Source of the DNA: Zygnema circumcarinatum SAG 698-1b
Lineage: Eukaryota; Plantae; Zygnematophyceae
DNA length: 64,000 nucleotides
Direction: 5' to 3'
Assembly: GCA_037447605.1 (NCBI GenBank)
Contig: CM074810.1
Location: 2,700,880 to 2,764,879, forward strand
Part shown: piece by piece, positions 34,486-47,100 of the stretch
Position numbering within the stretch: the first letter of the stretch is position 1
How the letters are laid out: each line of letters opens with the position of its first letter
Notes under the pieces: generated by a model
Database searches by the model: none
What the model saw: the letters and a program-made list of their open reading frames with translations, nothing else
What the model was told of the DNA's origin: nothing
Position numbers and translations under genes: made by a program

Positions 34486-37400
34486 GCTCGCTCTCAATAT
34501 TTCTCTCTCTTCCTCTCTCTTTTTCTCTCCTTTTCTGTCTCTCTCCTTTCTCACGCTCTCTCGTCCTCTCTCTCTTTCCCTCCCACTTTTTCTCTGTCTC
34601 TCTTGTCCTCTCTCCCTCTCTCTCTCTCCCTCTTTCCCCCTTCCTTTTCCACTCTCTACATTTGCCGCCCCTGATTCGTGCGACTGTCTCTCTTCCTCCC
34701 AACCCTCCAACCTATTCTCTCGTTTTCCTGTATCTTCCTTGTTCTCCCCCTCGCTCCCCTTTCCTTCTCTTCTCTCCCTCCCTCTCGCCTGCCTCTACCC
34801 TCCCTCTTCTTCCACACTCTCTCTTATCTTCCCACTCTCCTTTCCACCCCTCTCCCGCCTTATTGTCGATTCCCTCTTCTATCCTCTCCTCTCCACTTCT
34901 CCTTCGTCTCCCATCACATTTCCCACTCACTGTCTATTTTGCCTCTCCCCTTTCCCCGTTCCTCTCCAACTCTCGTTCCCTCCCCTCTTTCTCCCTTCCC
35001 CTCTTTCTGACCTCCCCCCTCCCTCTCCTCTCCCACCCTCTTCCTCTCCTCCCTTTCCCCCTCCCCCTCCTCCTCCCTCTCCTTTTCCACGCTCCTCCCT
35101 CTCCTCCTCCCCCCCCCCTCTCCTCCTCCCTGTTCCCCCCCCTCTCCTCCTCCCTCCCCCCCTTCGTCTCCTCCTCCCTGTTCCCCCCCCTCTCCTCCTC
35201 CCTCCCCCCCTTCGTCTCCTCCTCCCTCTCCCCCCTCTTTCCTCCTCCATCTCCCCGCCCTTTCCTCCTCCCTCTCCCCGCACCTCTCCTCCTCTCTCTC
35301 CCCTCCTTCCTCTCCCACCCCCATCTCCTCCTCCCCCCCTCTCCTCCTTCTCCCCCTATTCCAAACCCTACCTATCTCTCCATGTCTGCATGATGTGTCC
35401 CAGACTTGGGGAGCGCGTGAAGGTCTCTTGGAAACTGACCAATGTCAAGAAGACACCTGGCGGCTTCCAGTTGGCCTATGAAACCCCCAACGGCCCCACA
35501 ACAGTGAACTCACGCACCGTTGTGCTCACAGTTCCGTCGTACATCGCGGCGGATCTCGTCCGTCCATTCTCGGTAATCTCCCACAAACTCTAAAAATCCT
35601 AAAACCCTCAAAAAAAAAAAATACCCCCTTAAAGTCCCCTTGAGCCCTAAAACCCTTCCCATGTGCATGCGAACTCTTCCCGACCTAAAATAGTGACTCG
35701 GAATCCTCCTCCAATCGTGGCCTGCCAGGTGGCGGCCGCTGATTCGCTGGCCAGCTTCTACTACCCCCCCGTGGCGGCGGTGACTTTGTCGTATCCGGTG
35801 GAGGCCCTCCGCGCGGAGCGGCTGGTCGGCGGCGAACTGAAGGGCTTCGGCCAACTGCACCCGAGGACGCAGGGGGTCACCACGCTGGGTATGTACGGCC
35901 TAGGGGCACTAGGGGCACTAGGGGCACTAGGGGCACTAGGGGCACTAGGGGCACTAGGGGCACTAGGGGCACTAGGGGCACTAGGGGCACTAGGGGCACT
36001 AGGGGCACTAGGGGCACTAGGGGCACTAGGGGCACTAGGGGCACTAGGGGCACTAGGGGCACTAGGGGCACTAGGGGCACTAGGGGCACTAGGGGCACTA
36101 GGGGCACTAGGGGCACTAGGGGCACTAGGGGCACTAGGGGCACTAGGGGCACTAGGGGCACTAGGGGCACTAGGGGCACTAGGGGCACTAGGGGCACTAG
36201 GGGCACTAGGGGCACTAGGGGCACTAGGGGCACTAGGGGCACTAGGGGCACTAGGGGCACTAGGGGCACTAGGGGCACTAGGGGCACTAGGGGCACTAGG
36301 GGCACTAGGGGCACTAGGGGCACTAGGGGCACTAGGGGCACTAGGGGCACTAGGGGCACTAGGGGCACTAGGGGCACTAGGGGCACTAGGGGCACTAGGG
36401 GCACTAGGGGCACTAGGGGCACTAGGGGCACTAGGGGCACTAGGGGCACTAGGGGCTAGGGGCTAGGGTTGAGGGTTTAGGAGAGTTTAGGGTTTAGGGT
36501 TTAAGGTGTATGGGGTAGGGGGTAGGGGGTAGGGGGTAGGGGGTAGGGGGTAGGGGGTAGGGGGTAGGGGTTGAGGGGGTAGGGGCTAGGGGCTAGGGTT
36601 GAGGGTTTAGGAGAATTTAGGGTTTAGGGTTAAGGGGGTAGGTTGAAGCGGGTAGGGTTTATTGTTAAGGGGGTAGGGTTCAGGGTTAAGGGGGTAGAGT
36701 TTAGGAGGGTATAGCTTAGGGCGTAGGGTTTAGGGTTTAGGGGGTAGGCTTTACGGTTAAGGGTTTAGGGTTTAGTCTTTAGTGTTTCGACGGTTTAGGG
36801 TTTAGGGGGTGATTAAGGTTTGAAGGGTTTGAGGAGTATAGGGTTTTAGGGTTGGGGGGTTAAGCTTGAGGAGTTTCAGGGGCTTAGGGTTGGGGAACTT
36901 GAGAATTTGGGGGTTGGGTTTTCCGGGGGAGGGTTGTTTTTTTTTTTTTCTTTTTAGGATTTTCAGGTTTTTGGAAAGTTGTGCTTCTTGGGGTTTTTGG
37001 GAGTTTCTGAGTTTCTAGTGTTTTTGAGGTCTTAGAAATTTTACGAGTGGGGTCTTGCTATCAGCCTAATTAATCAAATCGTGGATTTTCTTTTTTTAAA
37101 TTTCGCAGGAACTATTTACAGCTCCTCCCTCTTCCCCGGGCGGGCCCCTCCGGGCCGCGTCCTCCTCCTCTGCTACATTGGAGGGGCCCTAAACACCGGA
37201 ATCGCAAACCAGGTACAGAAAACCAGTTTTTCCTCAAAAACCCACACCAAATCTCTCACTCCTTAATCATTTCCTTCATCATTTCCTTCGTTTTTTTCCC
37301 CCTTCAAACTCCTCTCCTTCCCTCTTCCTCATCCCCTCCTAATTCCCCTCCCTCTCCCCCTCCCTCCGTATTCTATGCAGGAAAATGATGAAATTCTGGC

Positions 37401-37626
37401 GACGGTTGATAAAGACCTCCGTACAATGCTGGTCAACCCTTCCGCTCCCAAACCTTTGCTGCACGGTCTGAGAGTGTGGCCACGTGCCATTCCGCAGTTT
37501 GGGATCGGCCATTTGGAGAAACTCGAGGGGGCGAGGGCGGGTCTGAGGGAGGCGGGTCTGGGGGGGCTCTTCCTGGGGGGGAACTATGTGGCGGGGGTCG
37601 CCCTGGGGAGGTGCGTGGAGGGGGCC
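31335..37626 (+). CDS. PPOX1: Protoporphyrinogen oxidase 1 (plastid); last codons lost in an N gap
   Basis: Exons 31335-31838, 33016-33204, 33350-33434, 33857-34004, 34330-34410, 35404-35572, 35729-35888, 37109-37212, 37381-37626+. Motifs [56 protein letters not shown] and [17 protein letters not shown]. Confidence 0.96.
35902..36450. repeat. Perfect 9-bp tandem repeat (AGGGGCACT) x61 in a PPOX intron
   Basis: 549 bp of uninterrupted units starting 13 nt after the donor at 35889. Confidence 0.96.
36451..36900. repeat. Degenerate (TTTAGGG)n / (GGGGGTA)n telomere-like tract in the same intron
   Basis: Seen directly. Confidence 0.85.
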
Positions 37627-38540
37627 NNNNNNNNNNGAGGGAGAGAGGCTGAGGGTGGAGAGAGAGAGAGAAAGCGGGGGAGAGGGACAAGGAGATGGAG
37701 AGGGAGAGGGAGAAGGGGGAGAGAGAAAAGGGGCGGGGGGAGGTAAAGAGAGGGGAAGGGGAGGGGAGGGGAGGGGAGGGGAGGGGAGGGGAGGGGAGGA
37801 GAGGGAGAGAGAGAGCGCAAGAAAAAAGGCCTAACGACCAGCGAGCAGACGATTATCAGCAGGAAAAAAAATGGCTAAGGAAAGTCTAAAGTAGAGAGGG
37901 AAACGATAGAGAGAGGAGGGAGCGAGAGACGGAGACTTTATTGTACGAGGGAACGCATGAAGTTGCATCGATTTGGTGTTTGTTGCAGCGTTGATCCTAA
38001 GGCTTGGGTTCGAGTGATGTTTGTTAGAAGGTCGGTTTTACAGCTTTCGAATTTGTGGACTGGGCCTGATGATGGGCCATCTTTGTAAATTCTCCGGGGC
38101 TCATTCAACTCAAATGCTGAGCTTTGGAGACTCCCCTCTGCTTCTACATCCTCTGGGAAGGTTTTAGGGACATAATCTTTGACAAAAGCGTCAACCACCT
38201 TTCATTCTTTCTTCCTCATAAACCAAGTGACTCCTTTAAACGCTATTTTTCAAAATTAAAGGCGCGAGGCGTCTGGTCCATTCCTGCATACGTCCCTCCT
38301 CCCTAAAGATGGGAAGGACGTCTTTTTCTGAACTCGAACTCCTTGGGCGGTTAAGGACTCGTTTACATCCATAATTTTTTGCTGATTATAGGAACAAAAA
38401 TAACTTTTTGCGGATTATAAGAACAAGAAAGCGCAGACCGTTAGTTCCGTACTGCCGGGCAAGATGCCGAGCACTCGTAAAATTGGACAAAGAAACGAAA
38501 CGAATATCGCAACCAGTCGCCAGGCGCGCTATTGAGATAT

Positions 38541-41500
38541 TGTCAAACGGTCCGATATTATATATCGTCAAACGGTACGATATAAATTATCTCTAAACGA
38601 TACGGTATACGATATCTGACTACAATACGATATAAAATATCTTCAAACGATACAATATGAGATATTGTCGAGCGGTACGACAGTGAATATTGTGGAATAG
38701 TACGATATGAGATATTGTCAAATGGTACGATATGCGATATCGTCAGACGGTGCGCTATGCGATATCGTCCAGTACGATATAAGTTATCGTAAAACGGTAC
38801 GATATGGGATATCGCCATACGGTACAATATGAGATATCGTCAGTACGATATAAAATATTATCAAAACGGTACGATATACAATATCGTCAAACGGTGCGAT
38901 ATTGATTATTAACTAGAAATACGATATACAATATCGTCAAATGGTACGATATGACGTATTGTCAAACAATACGATATGAGATATCGTCAAAACGGTACGA
39001 TATGTCAAACAATACGATATGAGATATCGTCAAAACGGTACGATATGAAATATCTCCAAACGGCACGATATGATATATTGTCAAGCAATACGATATGCTA
39101 TATCGTCAAAACGGTACGATATGGAATATCGCCAAACGGTACGATATGATATATTGTCGAGCAATACGATATGGCATATCGTCAAACGGTACGATATGAA
39201 ATATCGTCCGCGGTTGCCTGCGAGCGCTTCCGATGGTCTGGAAGGCAGCACTGCCCAGCAGCCCACTTGACACAGCCCATTTCTATGATGTTCAATGCTT
39301 TCAATGTGCTTTCGTTTCGCGTAATATCCTCAAATCTTGTATAGCTGTTTATACTGGAAAATCGTTTCGGGGGAGAGAGGGAGGGAGGGAAGGCTACCAA
39401 AGAAAAGAGATGCCTCTCCCTCTCCCTCCTCTCCCTCTCCCTCATCTCAATCTCCCGTTCTCTCTCTCTCCTTCCCTCTCGCTCGCCCCCTCGCAGCAGC
39501 CTCTTTCTCTCACTCCTCTCACGACAGGCTCTGTCTCTCTCATTCTCTCCCCCTGAGCGAGAGAGAGGGAGAGAGAGTGAGAGCGACAGAAAGAAAAGAG
39601 GAAAGATTCGAATATCGCGAACCAGTAACGGTAGGTTATCGGTAAACGACGATATTAAATATCGTAAACATCGCGAGTCAGTGCGATACGTCATAGCGGT
39701 AAACGCTTACGATACGTTAATATCGTAAGCCATACGATACGCAATATCGTTAACGGTACTACACACAGTATCATCAGACGATACGGTAGGGGATATGGTT
39801 GAACGGTACGATACGAGACATCCTTACGTGGTACGATACAAGACATCGTTGAGGAGTACGATACAAAATATCATCAAGCGGTACGATATATGAATCGTCA
39901 AGTGGTCAGGCATGCGCTAATCGTTAAGCAGTACGATATGCAATATCGTCAAGCGGTACGATATGCAATACTGTAATGCGATACGATATACAATATCGTC
40001 AAACGGTGCGATATTGATTATTAACTAGAAATACGATATACAATATCGTCAAATGGTACGATATGACGTATTGTCAAACAATACGATATGAGATATCGTC
40101 AAAACGGTACGATATGAAATATCTCCAAACGGCACGATATGATATATTGTCAAGCAATACGATATGATATATCGTCTAAACGGTACGATATGGAATATCG
40201 CCAAACGGTACGATATGATATATTGTCGAGCAATACGATATGGCATATCGTCAAACGGTACGATATGAAATATCGTCCGCGGTTGCCTGCGAGCGCTTCC
40301 GATGGTCTGGAAGGCAGCACTGCCCAGCAGCCCACTTGACACAGCCCATTTCTATGATGTTCAATGCTTTCAATGTGCTTTCGTTTCGCGTAATATCCTC
40401 AAATCTTGTATAGCTGTTTATACTGGAAAATCGTTTCGGGGGAGAGAGGGAGGGAGGGAAGGCTACCAAAGAAAAGAGATGCCTCTCCCTCTCCCTCCTC
40501 TCCCTCTCCCTCCTCTCCCTCTCCCTCATCTCAATCTCCCGTTCTCTCTCTCTCCTTCCCTCTCGCTCGCCCCCTCGCAGCAGCCTCTTTCTCTCACTCC
40601 TCTCACGACAGGCTCTGTCTCTCTCATTCTCTCCCCCTGAGCGAGAGAGAGGGAGAGAGAGTGAGAGCGACAGAAAGAAAAGAGGAAAGATTCGAATATC
40701 GCGAACCAGTAACGGTAGGTTATCGGTAAACGACGATATTAAATATCGTAAACATCGCGAGTCAGTGCGATACGTCATAGCGGTAAACGCTTACGATACG
40801 TTAATATCGTAAGCCATACGATACGCAATATCGTTAACGGTACTACACACAGTATCATCAGACGATACGGTAGGGGATATGGTTGAACGGTACGATACGA
40901 GACATCCTTACGTGGTACGATACAAGACATCGTTGAGGAGTACGATACAAAATATCATCAAGCGGTACGATATATGAATCGTCAAGTGGTCAGGCATGCG
41001 CTAATCGTTAAGCAGTACGATATGCAATATCGTCAAGCGGTACGATATGCAATACTGTAATGCGATACGATATACAATATCTTCAAAGGGTACGATATAG
41101 AATATCGTCTGCAGGTACGAAATAATATATTTGTTTGAAATACGATATGAGATATCGTCAAACAGTACGATATAGTATATCGTCACAAGGTGCGATATGC
41201 GCTATCGTCAAACGATACGATATGAAATATTGTTGAACGGTACGATATAATACATTGTCGAGCAATACGATATTAAATATCGTTAAACGATACGATATAC
41301 AATATCGGCAAAAGGGCACGATATGAAATATGTCCAAACGGTACGATATGATATATTTTCTAGAAATACGATATGACATATCGTCAAACGGTACGATATA
41401 CAATATCGTCTACGGTACGATATGAAATATCGTCATGCGGTACGATATGATATATTGTCGAAAAATACGATATTAAACATCGTTAAACGGTACGATATGA

Positions 41501-42098
41501 GATATCTTCAACGGTACGATATTCAATTTCGCCAAAACGGTACGATATGAAGTATCTCTAATCGATACGATATGATATATTGTCGAGCAATACGATAGAA
41601 CATATCGTCAAACGGTACGATATTAAATATCGTCCTCAGTACAATATGAGATATCGTCAAAACGGTACGATATGGAATATCGCCAAACGGTACGATATGA
41701 TATATTGTCGAGCAATACGATATGGCATATCGTCAAACGGTACGATATGAAATATCGTCCGCGGTTGCCTGCGAGCGCTTCCGATGGTCTGAAAGGCAGC
41801 ACTGCCCAGCAGCCCACTTGACACAGCCCATTTCTATGATGTTCAATGCTTTCAATGTGCTTTCGTTTCGCGTAATATCCTCAAATCTTGTATAGCTGTT
41901 TATACTGGAAAATCGTTTCGGGGGAGAGAGGGAGGGAGGGAAGGCTACCAAAGAAAAGAGATGCCTCTCCCGCTCCCTCCTCTCAATCTTCTGCTTTCTC
42001 TCTCTCCCTCCCTCTCGCTCTCCCGCTCGCAGCAGCCTCTTTCTCTAACTCCTCTCACGACAGGCTCTATCTCTCTCATTCTCTCGACCTGAGCGAGG

Positions 42099-42110
<12 letters not shown>
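38541..42110. repeat. Composite tandem array: 25-bp palindromic minisatellite interleaved with three copies of a ~350-450-bp core
   Basis: Consensus AAACGGTACGATATGAAATATCGTC. Cores start CCGCGGTTGCC at 39208, 40277 and 41759. A ~1.1-kb segment (~38880-39990) is duplicated at ~39990-41075. Confidence 0.92.
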
Positions 42111-42133
<23 letters not shown>

Positions 42134-44159
42134 TTGCTAAGAGAAAGGGGAAGGGACATTCACAGCACGAGATGCCGAGATGTGGCAGAGCGAGTTAAGA
42201 CAGGGAGCGGAAGGGATAGGAGAGGAAAGAGGGAAGGGGGGAGAGAGAGGGCGCACAGTCCATAGTGCGACATGCGACGTCGCATGCGATGTCGCATATA
42301 GAATAAGCCAATGACATGCGTCGCATTACGTAAATTGAGTCGCTTAGCGACCGATATGCTCGGTATGCTGACATCGGGAATACCGGCCGAGTTGAGCGAT
42401 ATCTTAGTTTCAGTGCAAGCTCTGGCCCCATTTTATGTACCAATATGGACTCAGAAAACGAGAATGTACTCCATTGAGGGAGAGGTCTGCAGGGGAGAAA
42501 GGCCTGGAAAGTCGCTAAGACTGAAAAAGGAGCTTTCGTTCAGGCCCTTGTTTTATATGATTATGTTTACAGATGATGTCTGGATGTCCGTGCACGTGCA
42601 TCCATTACCCGTGCATGCAATTGCAGAGCATAGAGAAGGAAAGAAGGGAGCAAAGGAGGGACAAGCAATGGAGAGGGTTAAGTAAAGAAGGGGGGGATCG
42701 AGGAAGAGGAGGGGTGGGAGGAGTTGGTAGACTGTGCTCAGGGAATCATCCTCCGTTCCCATGCTCCATGGCACACATGCCATCATGTACATAGCTGCTG
42801 AGTTCTGAACATGCGCATCACATCACATCACATCACATGATGCTCACATCATGACATCAGAAAGAAAGGTCTATCTTGTTCACAGTGCCATGCAATCTCC
42901 AGGTTTCACAACACACACTCATTACCATCCTCTCTCCCTCCCTCCCTCTCTCATATGTCAAGCGACTGCCCCTCCATAGACTTCACTTGAATCTAACACT
43001 TCCCTGTCCCAACTCCTCCGTTCAGACTACCGCCCTGCCCTTTCCACTCACCAAACACCTTGTACGGTTCACCGGTCAACAGATTTTAGAGCTTATCTGC
43101 AGATTCCCGAAACTTCTTTCCATATGAACCTACCCTTTCCTGTTGCTGTAACTCGCCTCTGACTTTCTCTAGTCTTTAACCAAAGCATCCAGTTTCCGTT
43201 TCTAGTTTCCAGTTTCAGTTCCAGTTTCCAGTTTCCAGTTGGTTCCCCAGTTTCCCGGTTGTCACGTCAGAGCATTCCGAAGTAGCCGCCCTGCACCACC
43301 GCAAATAGTGTCTTAGCTAAAACCCAATTATGTCCTTGCAAACATGTTTCTAATTGGTTTTTCTTTTTGTATCTATCTTCATATGTGCCAATGGAGCACT
43401 CAAATATTAAATACCACACAATAAATGACCTCCACATTTTTTTTTTCACCATTCAATGCATTGCCCACATACCACATAGGGCCAAGCCAAAAAAATGTCA
43501 GAAACTGTCTTCAAACGAATTCAGAATTCTACTGTTTTACATAGAGCCACTGTTTGTCAGAAAAATAAAAAGAAATAGCTTGAACGATTTAACTCTCCAG
43601 GGAGTTCGCAGATAAATCCTAAAAACAGTAGAAATGCTTGAAACCCTAAAACTTGCGCTATATACGCATGATGAAACCAGGAGCTGAATCGTCTCCATGA
43701 GGGTTCTGCCGTTTAGGCTTTATGCGGGGTTCAGAACCAGCACTCTTCACTTCTACACTGCAGTCTGAACCTAAACCCTGACCCTAAATGCACTGCTTTT
43801 GCAGGAGATCACTTTCCAGACTAAGAACTGAAAACCCACCTCCCCTCTTACAACATAGCCTCCTTACAGCCGAAATGTAAGTCTCAGACCCTTAACAACA
43901 AGGCCGCCGACAAAGAATTCTTCCCCCTCCCTCCCCGCCCTTCCTCCCAACACTGTACCACTACTGTAACAGTAACAGCCTCCATATGTAGATTCAAACC
44001 CCAACCCCCCTTCCCCCCGCCAACCCCCTCAATACTGTAACTGTAACTGTAAGAGTAATAGCCTCCATATGTAAGTTCAAACGCCCTCCTCCCCTTCACT
44101 ATTGTAGCAGTAAGAGCCTTCATATGTAAGGTTGAAAACGGACCCAAATTACATACTTT

Positions 44160-47100
44160 TTAAACTGAAGCAGGGGGTCTCGGCATCGAAGGAGAAGGCA
44201 TGGAAGCTGAATGCTGAGCCATAAGCTGAGGTCCCACAGACTGAGCAAAGTAAGCGTTGTAGGAGGAGGGTGCGAACCCGGGGGGGGGAGGGAGAGACTG
44301 CATAGGGAGAGGCTGCTGTGGGAGTGGAGGAGGAGGAGGAAGTCCTCCCATCCTTGGAGGCGTTCCGGAGGGTCTGAAGTTGGTGAAGGGAGGGGAGGGG
44401 AGGGAGGGGTTCATCATAGGTGGAGCTGAGGTAGTCATATACATAGAGGTATACATATTCCCTTCTTGGCCTCCCATGTGAGGGAGGGAGGGAGGGCCTC
44501 TGGGAGCTTCACCGGGAGAGTCTATTCGAGGTCTTTTTTCGAGTCGAAAGTCTCCTTCTCCTCCCACTCCTCCCACGTGCCTCATGGTTCCCAACCCTAA
44601 TCCTGGAGGTAGCCCTCCCTCTGCAGCGAGAGAGGAGAGGGCGGAGGAGAGCATTGCAGCGGAGGAGGAGGAGGCTGCTAATTTAGCTGCCAGCTCAGCT
44701 GCTTCCTGCTTCTTTTTGGCTTCTTCTTCAGAGGGAGAAGCCATGGGTGCTGCAGCAGAAGGATACCTCTCCTGCTCAGAAGCTTCAGTAGGAAACCCGT
44801 TTGTTAATAGGGAAGGAACATCTATGGGAGAGGGAGTATTAGTGAACTGTGCCTGTGAGACTTGACTCTCCTCCATAGTCAACATACGCTGGGCTGCTTC
44901 ATTAGAGGGTTCGGATGTTAGAGTTTGATCAGTTAATAGGGTAGACCATTGAGGGTCTTGAATCGAGGATTCGATTGAAGAGGGAGGAGGGAGGCTTCCT
45001 GCTGCTCCTCCTTTTTGCTCTCCCGCTACTGCAGTAGAGACTGAGCCGTTCTGAGCAGGTGGAGGGGTGGGAGATGCAGTGGGCTTCCCATCTGAAGTGA
45101 GAAGCTTATGGCGGATGCTGATGGCATGCTCTGCTTGTGTTTGAGCAACCTGTACAAAAAGAAATTTCACAAGGAAAGAGAAGGACAGGGGGAGAGAGTA
45201 AGAGAGACATTCACACTCTTCGGTATTCATACCATCAATGGCAACCGCCAATAACAGGTAACAGGTAATAACAGGTATGGCACGGTATAATATGATATGA
45301 CATAAAATCGTATGATATAATAGATGATATGATATGATATAATATGTGATATCTGGCAATAAGCCTGTCACTAAGAGATGGTAAAGGGGAAAGGGTCGCA
45401 GTAACTGTACCTGCACCTGTGATCGAATCCGCTCCAACTTGCTCTCCTGTAGAACACATAATATAAACCACTCTGCTTAAGTGCGAGATCATTTATTTAA
45501 TGATAATGGAAACAATTAGATTCTGCATTGCGTACTGCTGACAATTACTGAAATAGCCACACAGGCAATCCAAAACTCTTCATTTCATCAGCACACCATA
45601 CACAATTTGCTTACGAAGCTTCAGTAAATATAGTTCTAGTTTCCTTGTATCTCCAATTTGAAAGACGACCTAAAAAATAACTAAAAACGGTTCAATCTAC
45701 ATCCAGACGATTATTACTGACTGATAACTTGCAGGCCGGGAAGCGTAAACTTGGCAATTGAGGGGAGAATGAGGTATGAAGGATATGGAGCAGATAATAA
45801 GAAGAAGCAAGTGAATCCAATACATTCGAAGGCCTTTTGCCATTGCTTCTGAATGTAAACCTAGGCAATGGCATGAAATGCCATACATACTATGCCTTAC
45901 ATACAAGTGTAGTTAGTTGCTATTTTCATGACATAGCTTATAGGAGTAAAACCTCACCTGAGTACGAAGCGCTTCCCTTAAGAGATTCACAAGTGTGGTT
46001 CGCTTCTTTTCACATGTTTCTAACTGGTTTGTCCATTTTGCCAAAACTCCCTGCTTGCTCTGCAACTCCTCTGCTACTGCTGCTACCCCACTCGGCCCTG
46101 CATCTCCTAACATGATGAGACAAGAATAAGTGAATGGAAACGAGAGCTTCACTCTGAACTTATCGAAACCAAATGTGCAATCACATTGAAACCAATTTTG
46201 CAATCAGTTCTTTTGGTGGACGAAGTGCTCGCATGAAAGCCAACGGAAGCTTACATCGAATCGAGCACATACTACATTTTAAAAAGGCCAGAAAAGATGA
46301 AAAAAAAAACATTGCATATAATGTACTGAATGTTTCTTGCATCCACAAACGCGAAAGTAACGTGCAAATCGATCGGCCAAACCCAAAACTTCACCATGCA
46401 ACTAAGAAACATTCCTGGATGAAATATGGACATGCCTTCCTATAACACCATCAACTAATCGAACTAATAGTAATTAATGAACTCAAAGCTGAAACAGCTG
46501 CAAATTCTCAAAAAGCTGAAAATTTTGTTGAGTGCGAATACCTGCAGCGATTCGAACGGCTGACTGCTTCTCCAATTCCTGGAGATCATTGACAGCTGCA
46601 GAGCACTTTCTTAGGGCGGACTCTTCCTCTGACGCAAGGTCCTGCACGGCTGCATGCGCAGCTGCGATCTTCTCGAGGGGGCCATTCAGCTGAGACTGAA
46701 TAGTCTGCAGGCCTCCCTTCTCCTGCGGTGGCAGGAAATAGAGTGCAGGGAGAGGGAGAGAGAGAAGAGACAAAAAGAGAGAGTGAGGGGGAGGGGGAGG
46801 AGAAGGGAGCGCCAGATCGATAGAGGGACATGGAGAGAGCAATACATGCAACTAAGGGAGAGAAAGGGGCACAGGTTTAGAGAAAAGCACAGATAGAGAG
46901 AGAGTGAGAATCAGGTAGAGTGAGAGACAGGGAGAGAGAGTGATGCAGACAAGTAGGGCGACAGAAAGGGACATAAGCCGCAAGGAAAGCAAAGACAGAG
47001 AGTGATAGACATACGCCAACAGGAAGACATATTTGAGAGAGAAAGTACCGACCAATTATGAATTTTCACGCAGCCATTAGCTCACACACCACTCATTAGA

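Noticed and set aside
35663-36466. Collagen-like (GAL)n and (VPL)n ORFs
   Set aside because: Translation of the intronic 9-bp repeat; PPOX splices at 35888/37109.
37627-37636. Apparent PPOX truncation or pseudogenisation
   Set aside because: The ORF runs into a 10-N assembly gap near the normal C-terminus; all upstream exons are intact.
37938-38306. Short ORFs downstream of PPOX (86 aa minus, 60 aa plus)
   Set aside because: No recognisable motif or ATG-initiated, splice-supported structure; cannot be called without a database search.
39280-39360. Possible C/D snoRNA in the repeated core (ATGATGT…CTGGA)
   Set aside because: Neither box C (RTGATGA) nor box D (CTGA) matches exactly, and there is no terminal stem.
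38541-41760. CRISPR-like reading of the 25-bp palindromic array
   Set aside because: Units are contiguous with no unique 30-40-bp spacers, there are no cas genes, and the context is eukaryotic.
42263-42267. TAGTG as a CACTA transposon 3' end
   Set aside because: No matching CACTA-containing TIR found on the left of the array.
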